In this document: positions 14,076 to 28,099 of the stretch, one piece after another | Layout of the letters: each line of letters begins with the position of its first letter | Numbering within the stretch: position 1 is the stretch's first letter | NCBI GenBank assembly: GCA_951406725.2 | Contig: OX597824.1 | Location: forward strand, 27,714,001 to 27,778,000 | Direction of reading: 5' to 3' | Length of the DNA: 64,000 nucleotides | Origin: Octopus vulgaris | Taxonomy: Eukaryota | The notes under the pieces: generated by a model | Databases searched by the model: none | Seen by the model: the letters and a program-made list of their open reading frames with translations, nothing else | Told to the model about the DNA's origin: nothing | Program-made: the position numbers and the translations under genes

Positions 14076-14468
14076 AGACGACTGGCAGCAAATAATTGCC
14101 GGACTGTAAACATCCATATGCTAATTAATTCGACAGATCTGTATTACTCATTTTGACATTTATTTATTTATTTTTTTGTTCCTTTTTTTTCATTGGTTTT
14201 TGTTTTTTTCGTTTTCATTAAAGTCAGTGAGGACAATTGCAAGCTTTTTACTGAAAAATAAGAAGCAATTATTTGCCGCGTACAAACTATAATGGCTGCT
14301 GTTCAATGCGTTGGGGGTCGTGCGAATGGATAGTTTAATAGGCGGATGAGTCATCTGTACATATCTTTGTGGACGGATGTCATCAACCTTTTGTTTGCCT
14401 TCTTTTACCGAGGATTTCATTGCAATTTTGTATTAATAATTATATTTTTCTCTTCATCTTTTCTATAC

Positions 14469-14512
<44 letters not shown>

Positions 14513-14624
14513 TAATAATAATATAATATATAATATATAATACACACGTGTTGTTTAATGACTGAGCGAAAGAATAGGCTCGACTGCTTAATAATCTTCA
14601 AAACAATTTAGTAAATGGTATGCA

Positions 14625-14689
<65 letters not shown>

Positions 14690-15512
14690 TATATGTATAC
14701 ATATATATACACACATATATATATAGACGCCTAAGTATCTCAATGGTCTGTGTATAACATGTTTTTATTAAAACCCTTATTAATCTCCAAGCACTCTAAC
14801 GTTTCTGCGCCGTCTATTGATATGTCACACATTTTTGTTGTCTCTTGTATTCCTTTGTAGCACCACGTTACATTTCTGTGTGCTATCTTTCATCCATTAA
14901 CCTCCCGTTATGAAACCCATTCAATATTTTTTTTTTGTCTGCTATTTTTATTTGTTATATATATATATATATATATATGTTCTTTTTATTTTACTTTTGT
15001 AGCATCTGTTCTTCCATGTTGTTTTCTTTTTATCTTTTATTTTATTCGACCCTTTCAGCATCTTACAATTCTTAAGTAGACTCTAATGTTCCTTAATGGT
15101 TTGCTTGACACGGCTGACACAAGTATTTTCCAATGTCATTTTCATATTCCTTCAGAAACACAAAAAGTAAAAGAAAATAGTTATGACACGAACTGCAGAT
15201 AAAGAAGGACTTGGTGGAAATTAACAGATGATATTGTCAGCAATAAAACGGGACTACGTGATTCGAAGACACAGTATTCAGCAACACGGCGGTGGTAATA
15301 ATAACTTCAAAAAAATAATTTGTTACAAAATGACAGAAATTCTTGCGAATTGCTGAGTCGACTAAAAGAATTCATGTTCAATACATGGTTATTATGACCC
15401 AGGGAATAGGATACATAAACCTTACTCTTCAGATTCGAACCCACAACGAAATGTTGTTAGACAAAATGTTGCATGACATTCATTACTAAGGTTTAAATAT
15501 TTCACGAAAAAC

Positions 15513-16125
15513 GCGGCGAGCTGGCAGAAACGTTAGCACGCCGGGCGAATTGCTTAATGGGATATCGTCTGCCGCTACGTTCTCAGTTCAAATTCCGCCG
15601 AGGTCCACTTTGCCTTTATCCTTCCGAGTTCGATTAAATAAGTACCAGTTACGCACTGGGGTCGATGTAATCGACTTAATCCGTTTGTCTGTCCTTGTTT
15701 GTCCTCTATGTGTTTAGCCCCTTGTGGGTAGTAAAGAAATAAGGATATTGTCTGCTGTTGCATTCTGAGTTCAAATTCTGCTGAGGTCGACTTTGCTTTC
15801 ATCCTTTCGGGGTCGATAAATTAAGTACCAGTTACGCACTGGGGTCGATGTAATCGACTTAACCCGTTTGTCTGTCCTTGTTTGTCCCCTGTATGTTTAG
15901 CCCCTTGTGGGCAATAAAGAAATAAGAAACGCTAGCACGCAGGGAGAAATGTTTATCAGTATTTCGCCTGTCTTTACGTCCCGAATTCAAATTCCGTCTA
16001 GGTCGACTTTGCCCTTCATCCTTTTGGGGTCGATAAATTAAGTACCAGTTGCGTACCGGGGTCGGTCTAATCGACTAGCCCCCTCCCCTAAAATTTCGGG
16101 CCTTTTGCCTAGAGTAGAAAAGAAT
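15513..16125 (+). mobile_element. SINE family A trimer, well preserved
   Basis: Head gcggcgagctggcagaaacgttagcacgccgggcga; two internal units; terminal unit ending ccctcccctaaaatttcgggccttttgcctagagtagaaaagaat. Confidence 0.9.
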
Positions 16126-16944
16126 ATTTCTCACGAAAAATTTTTAGATTGATAAAAATATTATAACAATATAATAACAATAATAAGAATCCTTTCTGAT
16201 TTTGGCGCAAGGCATGAAAATTTGACAACAGTCTTCCATAACTATTCGTCGAACCTTCTCAGTCAGCTTCTCGTTTCAGCTTGTGGATATATCGCTAACA
16301 TATAGAGGTATTGGATCGTGTCCCACGCATACGGAAAACCCATTTTTTCCCATTGAGGGTTTATACTATTTACTTTAGTCAATGCACGGTGATCACTTGT
16401 AAGCTTTAAGCTTAAGCTTATAAAATATCATTTATTATTAACAAAATTGTCACTCATCACCGCAGAAAACGCACATGTTTGTTTAAATAACAAGCAGTGG
16501 TGTGTATAAATACGAACTTAGTCCCAGTACAAATATGATTGAGGGATATTCGAACGGGTCAGAAAGTCATTCACTCTAGTTGTCATGCAAAAAATTTCTC
16601 ACTCTAGACAAATAGGTTTAAATACAGCAAGTCAGCAGATAGCCCCATCTAACCAGACTGTAGGATGCATGCATTTCAGAGTGGTTATTTCCCCTTGAAG
16701 AACAGAGATTGAAAACGCAGAAGTTGCGAACCGACATGATCGACAAGTTCCTCTCATGATATTCCCTTCTTCGTTCGCGGTAAATTTAATGAGCCGACAA
16801 CCCTAAACGGTCATATGAATGCGACAATGTGCTTTAGTTTGTAACTGATGATGTAACAGTTTGTGACTAATGAAGCGACAGTTTGTGAATGCACTGAAAT
16901 ATATAAAACATCATAGACTAAGAATAATGATTACGTATTGTAGC

Positions 16945-17140
16945 ACTAAGCCAGCAGCTTTGAGGGAGGCGTAAATCGATTACATCGACTCCAATACACA
17001 ACTGGTATTTACTTTAACGACCCAGAGAGGACGAAAGACAAAGGCAACCTCAGTCGACTTTTATCTCAGAACGTGAAGACGGACGAAATGCCGCTAAGCA
17101 TTTTTCCCGATGTGCTAACGATTATGCCAACTCGCCGCCT
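16945..17140 (-). mobile_element. SINE family A monomer
   Basis: tctcagaacgtgaagacggacgaaatgccgctaagca...ctcgccgcctt is the reverse complement of the head. Confidence 0.75.
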
Positions 17141-17659
17141 TTCATTTTAAATTTGAACATAACTTGAACATAACCTAAACCTTACAAATACCTACTCCGT
17201 CACACCATGCATAACCAATCCTATCTGTGTATATATAATTGAAATTCTTCATTGAGGTTTTAATAATTCTAATGTGGAGTAACTCAGAGATGGGTTATAG
17301 ACAATGTGCTTTCTTATTCTTAGTTGACCCTCTAGTCTGCTCTGTTTGAGAAAGTCTATGACTAAATGCTGGGAAACTGCGACAAGTGCTTTTTTCTGTT
17401 TTACGATATGCTGTAATATCATTTAAGGAATTGACTCAATTTTGGTTTTGTTAATTTAGATATTTAGCATGAAACTTAAGGAAAATTTCACGGTAAATTC
17501 TAGCAAAGGGAGCGAACATCTGGAGATGATCTCTTCGCTGATTTTTTAACATGATCATGGTATACATGGCTGGTCATACAGTGCTTTGCATCATTTTAGC
17601 TTTTGAATGATATATATACTCAGCTAGTTAACCGAGGAAGCCGTCATTTTCCCTGATCG

Positions 17660-17822
17660 GAGGGCTAGTACAGTCGAAGGGTTACCCATTTACAGCCGGA
17701 CCGGGGCAGCGTGAAATGAAGTGTTTTTCTCTAGAACACGACACGCAGTTGGTCTGGGAATCGAAACCAGGATCTTACGATCACCAGTCCAACGTGCCTA
17801 AACACTGGGACACGTGCCTTCA
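17660..17822 (-). mobile_element. tRNA-derived SINE fragment (CORE-like)
   Basis: ggagcagcgtgaaatgaagtg-like segment and gggaatcgaaacc B-box on the minus strand. Confidence 0.55.
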
Positions 17823-17849
17823 CATCTTTCACATGTGTTACATTAAGCT

Positions 17850-18145
17850 CGTTTGTTCCTTCCCGAGCCTTTCCTGGTTCATAAAGGCTAGTTTCCCAGT
17901 TTCCTTGGCGTATAGGTTCCCCACCTGGACGGGATGCCGGTCCGTCGCAGGTGAGCTGCAAGATGCAGGAGGAAAGAGTGAGAGAAAGTTGTGGCGAAAG
18001 AGTCAGCAGAAGTTCGCCATTATATTCTGCCGGGGCCGCATGGAGCTTAGGTGTTTCGCTCATAAACACACACATCGCCCGGTCTAAGATTCGAACCCGC
18101 GATCCTTCTATCGTGAGTCTGCTGCTCTAACCACTAGACCATGTG
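17850..18145 (-). mobile_element. SINE family C variant
   Basis: Reverse complement has head ...ggtctagtggttagagcagcagactcacg...gcgggttcgaatc and the caactttctctcactctt segment shared with 20005 and 43126. Confidence 0.75.
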
Positions 18146-19143
18146 TCTGAACGTTACATTAAGTTGACATATTTTAATTGAAATTCTATATAATTAATTG
18201 GGGTCAGACACTCGGATCGGGTTTCAAGGGTAACACGGAGTACATGGGCATTCACCAAACACCTCTATTTCAAGCGCAAGTATCACCATTGTTTCCACGT
18301 TGACTTAGTTTTAATGAGGCAGTCGGAAAATTGAGACAATATAGTCCGTTCATGTCATGTTGCGTGTGTTTGCATGTATATGTAGCTGGCTACTTTTTTT
18401 TTTCTCATCATAAAAGTCTGTTTTGGCTTCGGCGTTTGTCACCAGAGCGGTCATGTTACTGTAATCCCATCTTGATTTCAAGTACTCAAAAAATACAATT
18501 TAGATTACTTATCACTTCTAAGTTCTCATGTCATTATTCCGATTTATTATGTTTCTCTGAACCAAATATCAAATCAAACGTAATTTTGTTCTTATTCTTT
18601 TTTTTTTTTGTGTTAGAAAAAAAGAAATAAATAACAACAAAAACGAAGATAGTAGAAATAAAAAAAAAATAAGGCAAAACAAAAACCCATGCAAAATGGC
18701 AGCGGAATTTTCAAATCACTTGGACATTTAATCATATTACTATTTGTATTCATTCGTAGTTTCGACCGCCGGAAACATTTAATTTTCTCAAACATTATTT
18801 CGTTTGCTGCCTGGCCATTATTTGAAACCATATAAACATTTAGTACAATACATCACCCAAATAGATACAGGACACGCACATACACAGACAAACATACATA
18901 CACACACAAACAGCCATAGACGGAGTTAAGCAAAATGTACATACGTGTGTGAGCGTGTTTGTCTGAATGAAGGGGTACTTGTGTGTTTGCGTGCAGTCTG
19001 TGTACGAATGGTGCGTCACCACCAATATACAGAAAGTTGCATGTGGGTATCCACTGTCTATTGATTTGCGTATTGTACTACACACACGCACATATATATA
19101 TATACATATATATATATATTTGTATATACAGATATATTATATG

Positions 19144-19185
<42 letters not shown>

Positions 19186-19275
19186 CATATAAATTTACAT
19201 TTGATAGATTGTATATTTATATATATGTATGTATGTATGTATGCAAGAATACACACACACACACGTGTATGTATG

Positions 19276-19409
<134 letters not shown>

Positions 19410-20004
19410 CGGTTTGAAAAGCGTATATACAGGCCTGTATACGATCATGTGTGTTTTAATGTTTTTATGTGTCGAAGTGTTATAAGCTTGACTCATCGCT
19501 ACAATTTTTCATTTCCTGACGAGATCAATTGTTTACAATGAAAACAATTATCGATTGAAAAGTCTTTTTATCTAATAAAAGTTATCCGTTACAATATATA
19601 GCATAAAATAATTGGCCTCTTAAAAGATAGTTCGGGCAGGAGAGATTCGATCCCGAGTGGTATTGGGTCACAGGACAATTATATATGTGCGAGACAGCAA
19701 AAGTTAGGTCTTGCTTTTAGGGCGTTGCACTCACGGTCAAGAGATGATGGTTTCATTTCTCGGATAGGGTGGATCGTTGTTTTGTTGAGCAAACGTCATC
19801 ATTTCCCGTTGTTCTTGTCTATTCAGCTGTAAATGTGTGACATTGTGACGGAATATTTTTTCGATGAAGGGGAATATTGGCCTGCTCACCAAACCAGCAG
19901 GTTGGCAGCATTTGAAAATAAAAAAAAACATGCGAATGGTACTGAGACCAGCAATACATAACAACATCCGATAGTCTGGTCGGTACCGTGATATACCATG
20001 GGAT

Positions 20005-20391
20005 CAGTGGAGGCGCAATGGCCCAGTGGTTAAGGCAGCGGACTCGCGGTCATAGGATCGCGGTTTCGATTCCCAGACCGGGCGTTGTGAGTGTTTATTG
20101 AGCGAAAACACCTAAAGCTCCATGAAGCTCCGGCAGGGGATGGTGGTGATCCCTGCTGTACTCTTTCACCACAACTTTCTCTCACTCTTACTTCCTGTTT
20201 CTGTTGTACCTGTATTTCAAAGGGCCGGCCTTGTCACTCTCTGTGTCACGCTGAATATCCCCGAGAACTACGTTAAAGGGTACACGTATCTGTGGAGTGC
20301 TCAGCCACTTACACGTTAATTTCACGAGCAAGCTGTTCCGTTGATTCGGATCAACCGGAACCCTCGTCGTCCTAACCGACAGAGTGCTTCC
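20005..20391 (+). mobile_element. SINE family C, full length with target-site duplication
   Basis: A-box tggcccagtgg, B-box ggtttcgattcc; 12-bp TSD ataccatgggat at 19993-20004 and 20392-20403; nearly identical to 43126-43510. Confidence 0.92.
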
Positions 20392-20419
20392 ATACCATGG
20401 GATTGCACCTAGAAATCTC

Positions 20420-20690
20420 CCCGCCGAGATACAAGCCCGTATAAGGTTATTTATGGAAGACCAGCAGTCGCCCAGACATACCAGATTCCATTCTCCTCAC
20501 CACTGATGGCAAAGGTTGATACAGCTTGGCACCAGTATTGTTATGACTCATTTCTGCAGCTGAGTGAACTGGAGCAAAGGGGAAATAATGTGTCTCGCTC
20601 AAGAACACAACGCACAGCTTGGTTCGGTAATCCAACTCACTACCTTATGATTGGGAGCGCGACGCTCTAACCACTGAACCATGCGCCTTC
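20420..20690 (-). mobile_element. tRNA-derived SINE (CORE-like), diverged
   Basis: cagctgagtgaactggagcaa...ctcaagaacacaacgca...ctctaaccactga..catgcgccttc. Confidence 0.65.
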
Positions 20691-21814
20691 AACATATATA
20701 TATATGTGTGTACGTGCGTGTGTGTGTAATTCACATACCTTCTATTTTTATCTAAACATTTCTTTAAATATCATTTGATTTTAACCTAGAAACGTCGCTG
20801 GATTTTATTGTCTGGGGTTCATAGGGGAGATTATTAGATCCTTATGCCGTATATCGATCGAAATCAATACATTGCCTCCTGAACGGGAAGTTAATCCGTT
20901 GCATGGTTATTCATTTACAGATGAGTGAGCTTCAACAACGCGAAATGAAATGTTTGGCTTAAGAACACATCTCACTGCCCGATTCGGGAATCGAAACCAC
21001 TGGCCAATGCCTTAACCAATTGATCACGCGCTTTCTGCGATATGACAATCGATATGCATTTCATTTTTCATTCTATATATATCATCCACCCACACACCAT
21101 ATCATGTGTGTGTGTTCGTGTGTATATATGTGTGTTTGGTTACCTGTATGTGTGTGTATTCTCCGGTCTTCCGGGAATCAAGGCCAGAGTTTCACGATCA
21201 CGAGTGCCAGAGCCAGACCCTAAATGAAGACCCCCGTCACTTCGAAGCAAGACCTCGCTCTAAATTTGTATTGTATACGACTTTACGATCTACCAACCAG
21301 AAAGCAGCGGAGACAAGCTATACAATTCCTTTCAACAGAAATACATTTTACCTATATTATATCTTACCTGACATAATTGACACCTCTCTCATAATACCTT
21401 TTCCACATCATTCTACCATTAAAATTGTGCCCTACATCTTTTATCTTTTACGATATAACATCTGTTATATAAATGTTTGATGGTGATTAACCGATTAATA
21501 GACGCTAAGATGATATTGCTTACAATAAGATATCAGCATAGCAAAAGACACCAGTTTTCTGTAATACGGCTATCGTTAATAATAAAAGTATCGTGTTATC
21601 TATGTTCTCTTACGTTCTTACTTTCAACTCTACTTCACAAATGTTATTGAAGGTATTGTATTGTTGCGCATAACAATATGAAAAGCAAATATCGTTGCCA
21701 TCTATTCACGGATCATAGTTATAATTCCGCGTCCAGAGAAGATTAATAGAAATAGCAACAACAATAATAATAATAATATTAATAATAATAATTTCTTCAT
21801 TTAATAATGATTGC

Positions 21815-22208
21815 AAATTTTGCCACAAGGCCAACAGTTTTTTTGTTGAAGGGGAAAAGTCGATAATATATACTCCAGTGTTTCACCGGTACTTTAATTA
21901 TCGACCCCAAAAGGATGAAAGGCAAATTTGACCCCGGCGAAATTTGAACTCAGAACGTAGCCGCGGGCGAAATACCTATTTCGTTACTACCTACAAGGGG
22001 CTAAACACAGAGAAGATAAACAAGGACAAACAAACGGATTAAGTCGATTATATAGACTCCAGTTCGTAACTGGTACTTATTTAATCGACCCCGATAAGAT
22101 GAAAGGTAAAGTCGACCTCGGCGGTTTTGAACTCAGAACGTACCGGCAGACGAAATACGGCTGCGCATTTCGCCCGGCGTGCTAACGTTTCTGCCAGCTC
22201 GCCGCCTT
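21815..22208 (-). mobile_element. SINE family A dimer
   Basis: Two units; head ends ctgccagctcgccgcctta on the + strand. Confidence 0.85.
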
Positions 22209-22309
22209 ATTTGTTTATTTAATACGTACTTACATAGTACAGGGGAGTTGACGCTGCGGCTTGTGTACGACAATAAAAACAGCTTAAAGTTGCATTCCAT
22301 TGTAAATTT

Positions 22310-23040
22310 GTCAGAGAACTTATCGTTACGTCTGAATTAGATGAAAAAAACTGAAGCCACTGCTTCCAGGCACGCAAAAGGAATCATGCAGACTGCAAAA
22401 TAACACGGGCAAAAACAAACTGAGTAGCGGTGGTGCCAAAAGCCTCTGTATGGACAATACATTCTTCGCAGTGAAAATGCTGATGTAGACCAAGTAACAA
22501 CCAATCAGTGGCTGAGAAGTTCAGGACTGAAAGCAGAGATTGAAGTCTTCATACTGGCGGTACAAAACAAAAGCTTACGTAGCAGAAATTACCAGGCTAA
22601 CGTTCTTCAAAACAGTACTGACCCTAAATGCAGATTCTGCGACACATTTGACCGTCTTGTTTCGGATTGTCTTCTTCTGATACTAAACGAATACAAAAAT
22701 AACTAGGATAGGATAGGACAGTATTTACATTGGAAAATACGTAAACCTTACAAAATCCACACTCCCAATAAGTGATATGAGCACCATACCGAGTAGTCAT
22801 GACGGTAAAATTGCCCCATCTTCCGGGATTTTCCAGTCAACAGTGGTAGGACAATCCTAGCTAATCTTCCAGGTATAGTTATTAAAGACAGGCTAGAAAA
22901 TACTTGTAGACTAATATATATAAGTATCCCCATTGATAAAAAAAATGTATCTATAAAAATTTGAGAAGCTTCCTGAAGACCGGAAAGCAGAAATGAAAAT
23001 GATGTGGCATCTTTAAGCAAAAACTGTTTTTGTAGGTGAT
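22310..23040 (+). mobile_element. Decayed R4/Dong-type LINE 3' fragment
   Basis: LYGQYILRSENADVDQVTTNQWLRSSGLKAEIEVFILAVQNKSLRSRNY...DPKCRFCD, then degenerate endonuclease motifs. Confidence 0.8.
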
Positions 23041-23061
23041 GTAAGAAACACTAGTTTCTAA

Positions 23062-23185
23062 ACAAGTACTACCTACATCAGCCTCTAAGGGACATGGTCA
23101 ACTGGTTAAGGTCAAAGAACTGACAAGCAAATCTGTGGTATTAATCAGAATATTTACTGTAGCCTATCTTCTATACCAAGACAAT
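23062..23185 (-). mobile_element. Partial copy of the (ATT)n-flanked element at 24258-24800
   Basis: ctaagggacatggtcaactggttaaggtcaaa..actgacaagcaaatctgtggtatt matches 24635-24740; strand assigned by analogy. Confidence 0.7.
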
Positions 23186-23299
23186 TATTATTATCATCAT
23201 TATTATTATTATTATTATTATGATGATGATGATGATTATCATCATCATCATCACCATCGTTAATATCATTATCATTACTATTATTATTATTGAGGTCAA

Positions 23300-24230
23300 T
23301 TTTTAGCGCAGCACCAACCTTAATCTTCGTAGATATTCCATCCTCTGTTGCTCTTTCATTTCCTTCTCCGTTATCTCGCTGAACTCTAGTACACCAAGTT
23401 ATTTTTGGCCTTCCGTTTCGATTTGCTTGCTTAATTCTCTACTCAGTAATTCTTTCCCTGCTAGGGACTGAACTGTGCCTCTTTTTAGGTAGATTATTTC
23501 GCACTTTTTGAGTCCGTATTCTGTTCTAATATCAGCACTAAAACAGTAGTCCATATTCCCTAAGGAACTCACTTGTGTTTTATCCTTGCCATATAGTTTC
23601 AAATCATCCACGAAGAGGATGTGGTTGACTGCGATTTCCCTTTAGCTGGTATGTCAGATTCGTTTAATAAAATCCCAAGGTTAGGGGTATCATGCAGAGA
23701 ACAAAAGGCAACTTAGATAAGCAATCACTCTGGAAAATCCCTCTTCTGATACACAACTTTTTCCGTAAGATGTCAGTTCAGTTTTCCACCCCACCATACT
23801 TCTCTTCAGCAATCTCGTTATATTCCTTGTAACTCCAAAGAAATCTAATCACAGGATGATTCTCGAATGTGGATCCATATCATCAGCTTTGCGATAATCA
23901 ATCCAAGCCATTTCCAGATTTGTCCTCCTTCGTATACTGCCTTGCATTACCACTTTCTTTGTCAATAATTGATCTTTGGTACCTCTGCATCTCCTTCTAA
24001 AGCCTTTTTTATTCCTTCGGTAATATATCGATCTCATCAAGAAAAGTGTACAGTTCTTCTGCAATTCCTGCTGGCAGTAACTTCCACATTAATGGGAGGC
24101 AAGAAATTGGCTCGTAATAGACTGAAGCATTTCCCTTTGATGCATCCTTCAGACACAACACCGTTCGTCGTTTTGTCAACCAGGCCGGGATTTCTTCTTC
24201 TCCATTGATCAATGCGTTAAATTATTATGC
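23300..24230 (-). mobile_element. Decayed R4/Dong-type reverse transcriptase fragment
   Basis: [34 protein letters not shown]; [14 protein letters not shown]; [10 protein letters not shown]; FVDDLKLYGK. Confidence 0.85.
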
Positions 24231-24257
24231 CATAAATTTATGGCCTTAATATTATTA

Positions 24258-24798
24258 TTGAGTGAGAGAGTAGTGCATACCATCAAAGTGACACTGAGGT
24301 AAAATATACGAAGCCCAGTATACCCATCATGACAACCCGTCTGGTAAGGGTACACTAGGCACATGCATCACAACCAAATGTGCGCGACATGGTGATCTCA
24401 TATCAAGATAAACAGCACATAACTTTGCAGGTGGGGCCGAGTTAGAATTTTCTTCTGGTCGAGTAACCCATCCCACTCAAAAAGTCCCTGAATATGGGTT
24501 GTTTAAGGATGTTGAACGAAACACACATGTTTCCAGAGGTGAATTATTCAAACCCCAAAGAATCCCTCTCAACACATGGCTATGATGTTCCCCTACTACT
24601 TCTGCTCGTGACAGAGGTGCACATATCGTCAGCTACTAAGGGACATGGTAAACTGGTTACGGTCAAACAACTGACAAGCAAATCTATGGTATTGAGCAGA
24701 ATATTTGCTGTAGCCTATTTTTTATACAAAGACAAAACAATGTACACTCAGTTAAGATTAGAAGCCATGAGAGCCACTGCCTGGTACTGCACCAGGGC

Positions 24799-24800
<2 letters not shown>
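24258..24800 (-). mobile_element. Non-coding ~540 bp interspersed element flanked by (ATT)n
   Basis: Partial second copy at 23062-23185; ATT repeats directly on both sides; no recognisable protein; strand inferred from a ...ctctcactcAATAATAAT tail. Confidence 0.55.
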
Positions 24801-24853
<53 letters not shown>

Positions 24854-24864
24854 GCTGCTGCTGC

Positions 24865-25040
24865 GGTAAAAGTTGTCAGTACACCGAAAAATTAGATACT
24901 TAGCATCATTTCTTCCGGTTTTTAAATGTTCTGAGCTGAAAGTCCGACGATGCCAACTTTACGTCTCATTCTTTAGGGGTCGATAAATTGAAATAGCCGT
25001 GAAGTTTTGGACTCGATAATCAACTTGCTTGCCGGCCTCA
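24865..25040 (+). mobile_element. SINE family A, strongly diverged
   Basis: gttctgagctgaaagtccgacgatgccaactttacgtctcattctttaggggtcgataaa. Confidence 0.55.
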
Positions 25041-26616
25041 AATGGTTCTCCATGAAGTTGTCCGAAACTTCATTTACATTGGAAAACACTTCATTAGAAT
25101 CTACTCCGATCCTTATTTGATACCACATCACCCAGACTAAGTTATTAATGCAAATTTTGAATAGTATGATCCAGCTAATTATTTAACCTCTTAAACTAAA
25201 ACGAGTACTGGGTTTGTTCATTCGTTGCTTTAGGGATAATTTCTGTCAGGAGGTATTCGTTGATTTTTTTGGAGAATTAATTTTTAAAAAATAACAAATA
25301 AATAAGGCATGATATACAGTAATATCTTTGTATTTGAAATAAACATTTCTAGCAATGCCTTCAGATGTTTCTTCGAACCTCGCCACGTATTGTTGTAAAC
25401 TGCGTTATACGGAATACTGGTATAACAAAGAGCTATGAATTGAAATAATGAAGTGAATTATAGTAATGAAAATAGCACAAGAAACTAAAAAAATAATTCT
25501 AAGAATTGGAACAATAAAATGGCGACACAGGTTTAATCTTGTATTTGTGAATTGAATAACCGACACAGTTTCTGTTTATTTTTTATGTTAAAATACACAC
25601 AAACACAAAGACAAATAGGTTTTGAAAATCAAATACATCTTAACAGTCTTTAGAAGCTTTGAGAGTTTTCTACAGAAATTGCAGCCTTATATTAATTTCA
25701 TTTGTATAAAATGTGAAATGGACATTAAAATTTTGGTCAATCAAATAAATTTGAAGAACTCCAGTATTTTTCCTCATTCTCGCCACTTATACTTTTATTG
25801 TTCGTATAAAACATCGAAATGTCTTGTGTATTAATCGCTCGGAATATGTCTTTATTATAATTTCTATTTAATAAAAGAAATCAAGAGAAAAAGAAATCAA
25901 GGAATAAACAGAAACGAGCACAAAAATTTTGCCTTGTTTTTATATAAATATCAGGTTCTCGGTTTATTAGAAAAGAAGAAAACAATTCCTTTCGTTTAGA
26001 GAGCAATAATTTGGTTATTTTCGAAGTAAATGATAATCAACATTATCTGTTAATATACTGGCTTGTTTTCATTAGAATATTTTCTTAAACAAATCCGTTA
26101 CTTGAGCCTCAATGAAAGTAAAAATAAAATCTCATACACAATAACTTCATAATAGCTCATAACATTAGGTTACATTACAAGGGAGACATGAAACATTCCT
26201 GCAGCAATGAAACTTAAGTGAAATTTATTTTAGATTATAATATGAAGAAAGGAAGAAAAAAAAGAAAAGAAAAGCAAACAAAATGTAAGACGAAATTCTT
26301 AAATATCAGAAACGCATTATAGAAAGAGTTATCGTATATTCTAGATTAAAATAAAATAAAATATAATAAAATACATTTTCTTGAAACTGAAATTTAATAC
26401 CTTCTTTCGTATTCCCAGTACCCAGTATTACTTAATGCATTAAAAATATTTCCATCAAAAATATGTTCAACATAAACACACGCATATAAATGTGTATCCA
26501 CTGGAATGCAGATACAGTCGAAGAAGTATATTGTATTATTTCATGTGTGTGTGTGTGTGTTTTTTTCAACTCTGAAGTTTCTACGAGATGCAGATAATTT
26601 AGCAGACAGAAATACT

Positions 26617-26928
26617 CGACGAGCTGGCAGAGACGTTAGCACGCCGGGCGAAATGCGTAGCCATATTTCGTCTGCCGCTACGTTCTGAGTTCAAATTCCG
26701 CCGAGGTCGACTTTACCTTTCATCCTTTCGGAGTCGATAAATTAAGTACCAGTTACGCACTGGGTCGATATAATCGACTTAATCCATTTGTCTGTCCTTG
26801 TTTGTCCTCTCTGTGTTTACCCCTTGTGGGTAGTAAAGAAATAGGTATTTCATCTGCCGTTATGTTCTGAATTCAAATTCCGCCGACGTCGACTTTGCCT
26901 TTCATCCTTTCGGGGTCGATTAAATAAG
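26617..26928 (+). mobile_element. SINE family A, one unit plus a truncated second unit
   Basis: Head cgacgagctggcagagacgttagcacgccgggcgaaatg; junction aagaaata|ggtatttc. Confidence 0.85.
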
Positions 26929-28099
26929 AAAACCCTACAACCTCATTATGAAGTGAACTAAAATGCAGTGTTGTAAAAGTACAACTGGTACAGTACTAAA
27001 TAAAACGTTTAGAAATTGTCGACTTACTGACACAAATACTGAGCAAAAGAGAAGAGACATTCCTTCGTTTGAATAGAAGGAAGTCAACTTGTAATCATTT
27101 AAGTACATCTTTTCTGTTGAGAAATTCTGTTCGTAAAACAACCGGGCAGAAGTATCTAATATGTATATCACATCGGTGACTTAATGGTGCCTGTCAATCG
27201 TCCTTTAAAATGAAGAAATATTTTTAAAAATCAAAACAAAAACAGAAATGCTAAACAATTTAGAAATTACATTTAATTATATTATCTTAATACTAAAACA
27301 TAAATAAGAGAAAATGATGCATTCTGGAGATATGCTGCTCACAGTATTGTCCGAAGTTTTAAGTTACTTTGTTATGACGTCATTTATATACACCATATTG
27401 TGAACAGGAAAATGTAAACGGAAAATAATCCCGTTATCTCATTATATCTCCACAAACTATCGATATTCAGAATTATATACTGTTTCTGGTTTATAGCCAA
27501 CACAGAAATAAGCTGTTCACCGACCACTTAATAGGTAAGGATTCGATTTTACGATACACAATATACTTCGACGTAGATTTGTCGTGAGTGGATTTTACTG
27601 ACTGGAATGAGGTGATGAGTGGTTGAATTTAGGAATGAAAATTTGTTTCTTGGGCTGTGTGAAAAAGTAAATGACAACACCCGTAAAGAATTCACAGAAT
27701 ATTACATTACTGCACAAAGAGTTAAACTGTGTTGGTCTTTTACAAATAGCATAGGTCTGCGAAATGGAATATTTTGAAAGTTGCTTTGATAATTGTATGA
27801 CACTTTATTGATATTTTTGTGGTGCTAATTGAAAATATCAAAACAGCTGTTACACAATTCCGAAGGCTTTCGCACAGTTTAATGATGAATTTTATCATTC
27901 TTTGTAGGTAAATCCACATGTGGTTGGACAAAGTGAATATAATAAAAATAAATTTAGCAAAATATTTAGCTAAATAAAATGACACGAATGCATTTGAAAG
28001 TTAAGACAGCAAACTTTTATGAGGATTCCGTTCATTTTTTAGGTTCAGCACCTCAAAGACTCTTCTTCCGCACTTGGAAAATACTCTTGGAATTCTTTC

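Noticed and set aside
20008-20085. tRNA-like sequences (also 43126, 56903, 31674 and the family A and B heads)
   Set aside because: They continue directly into SINE bodies, some with TSDs; SINE heads rather than tRNA genes
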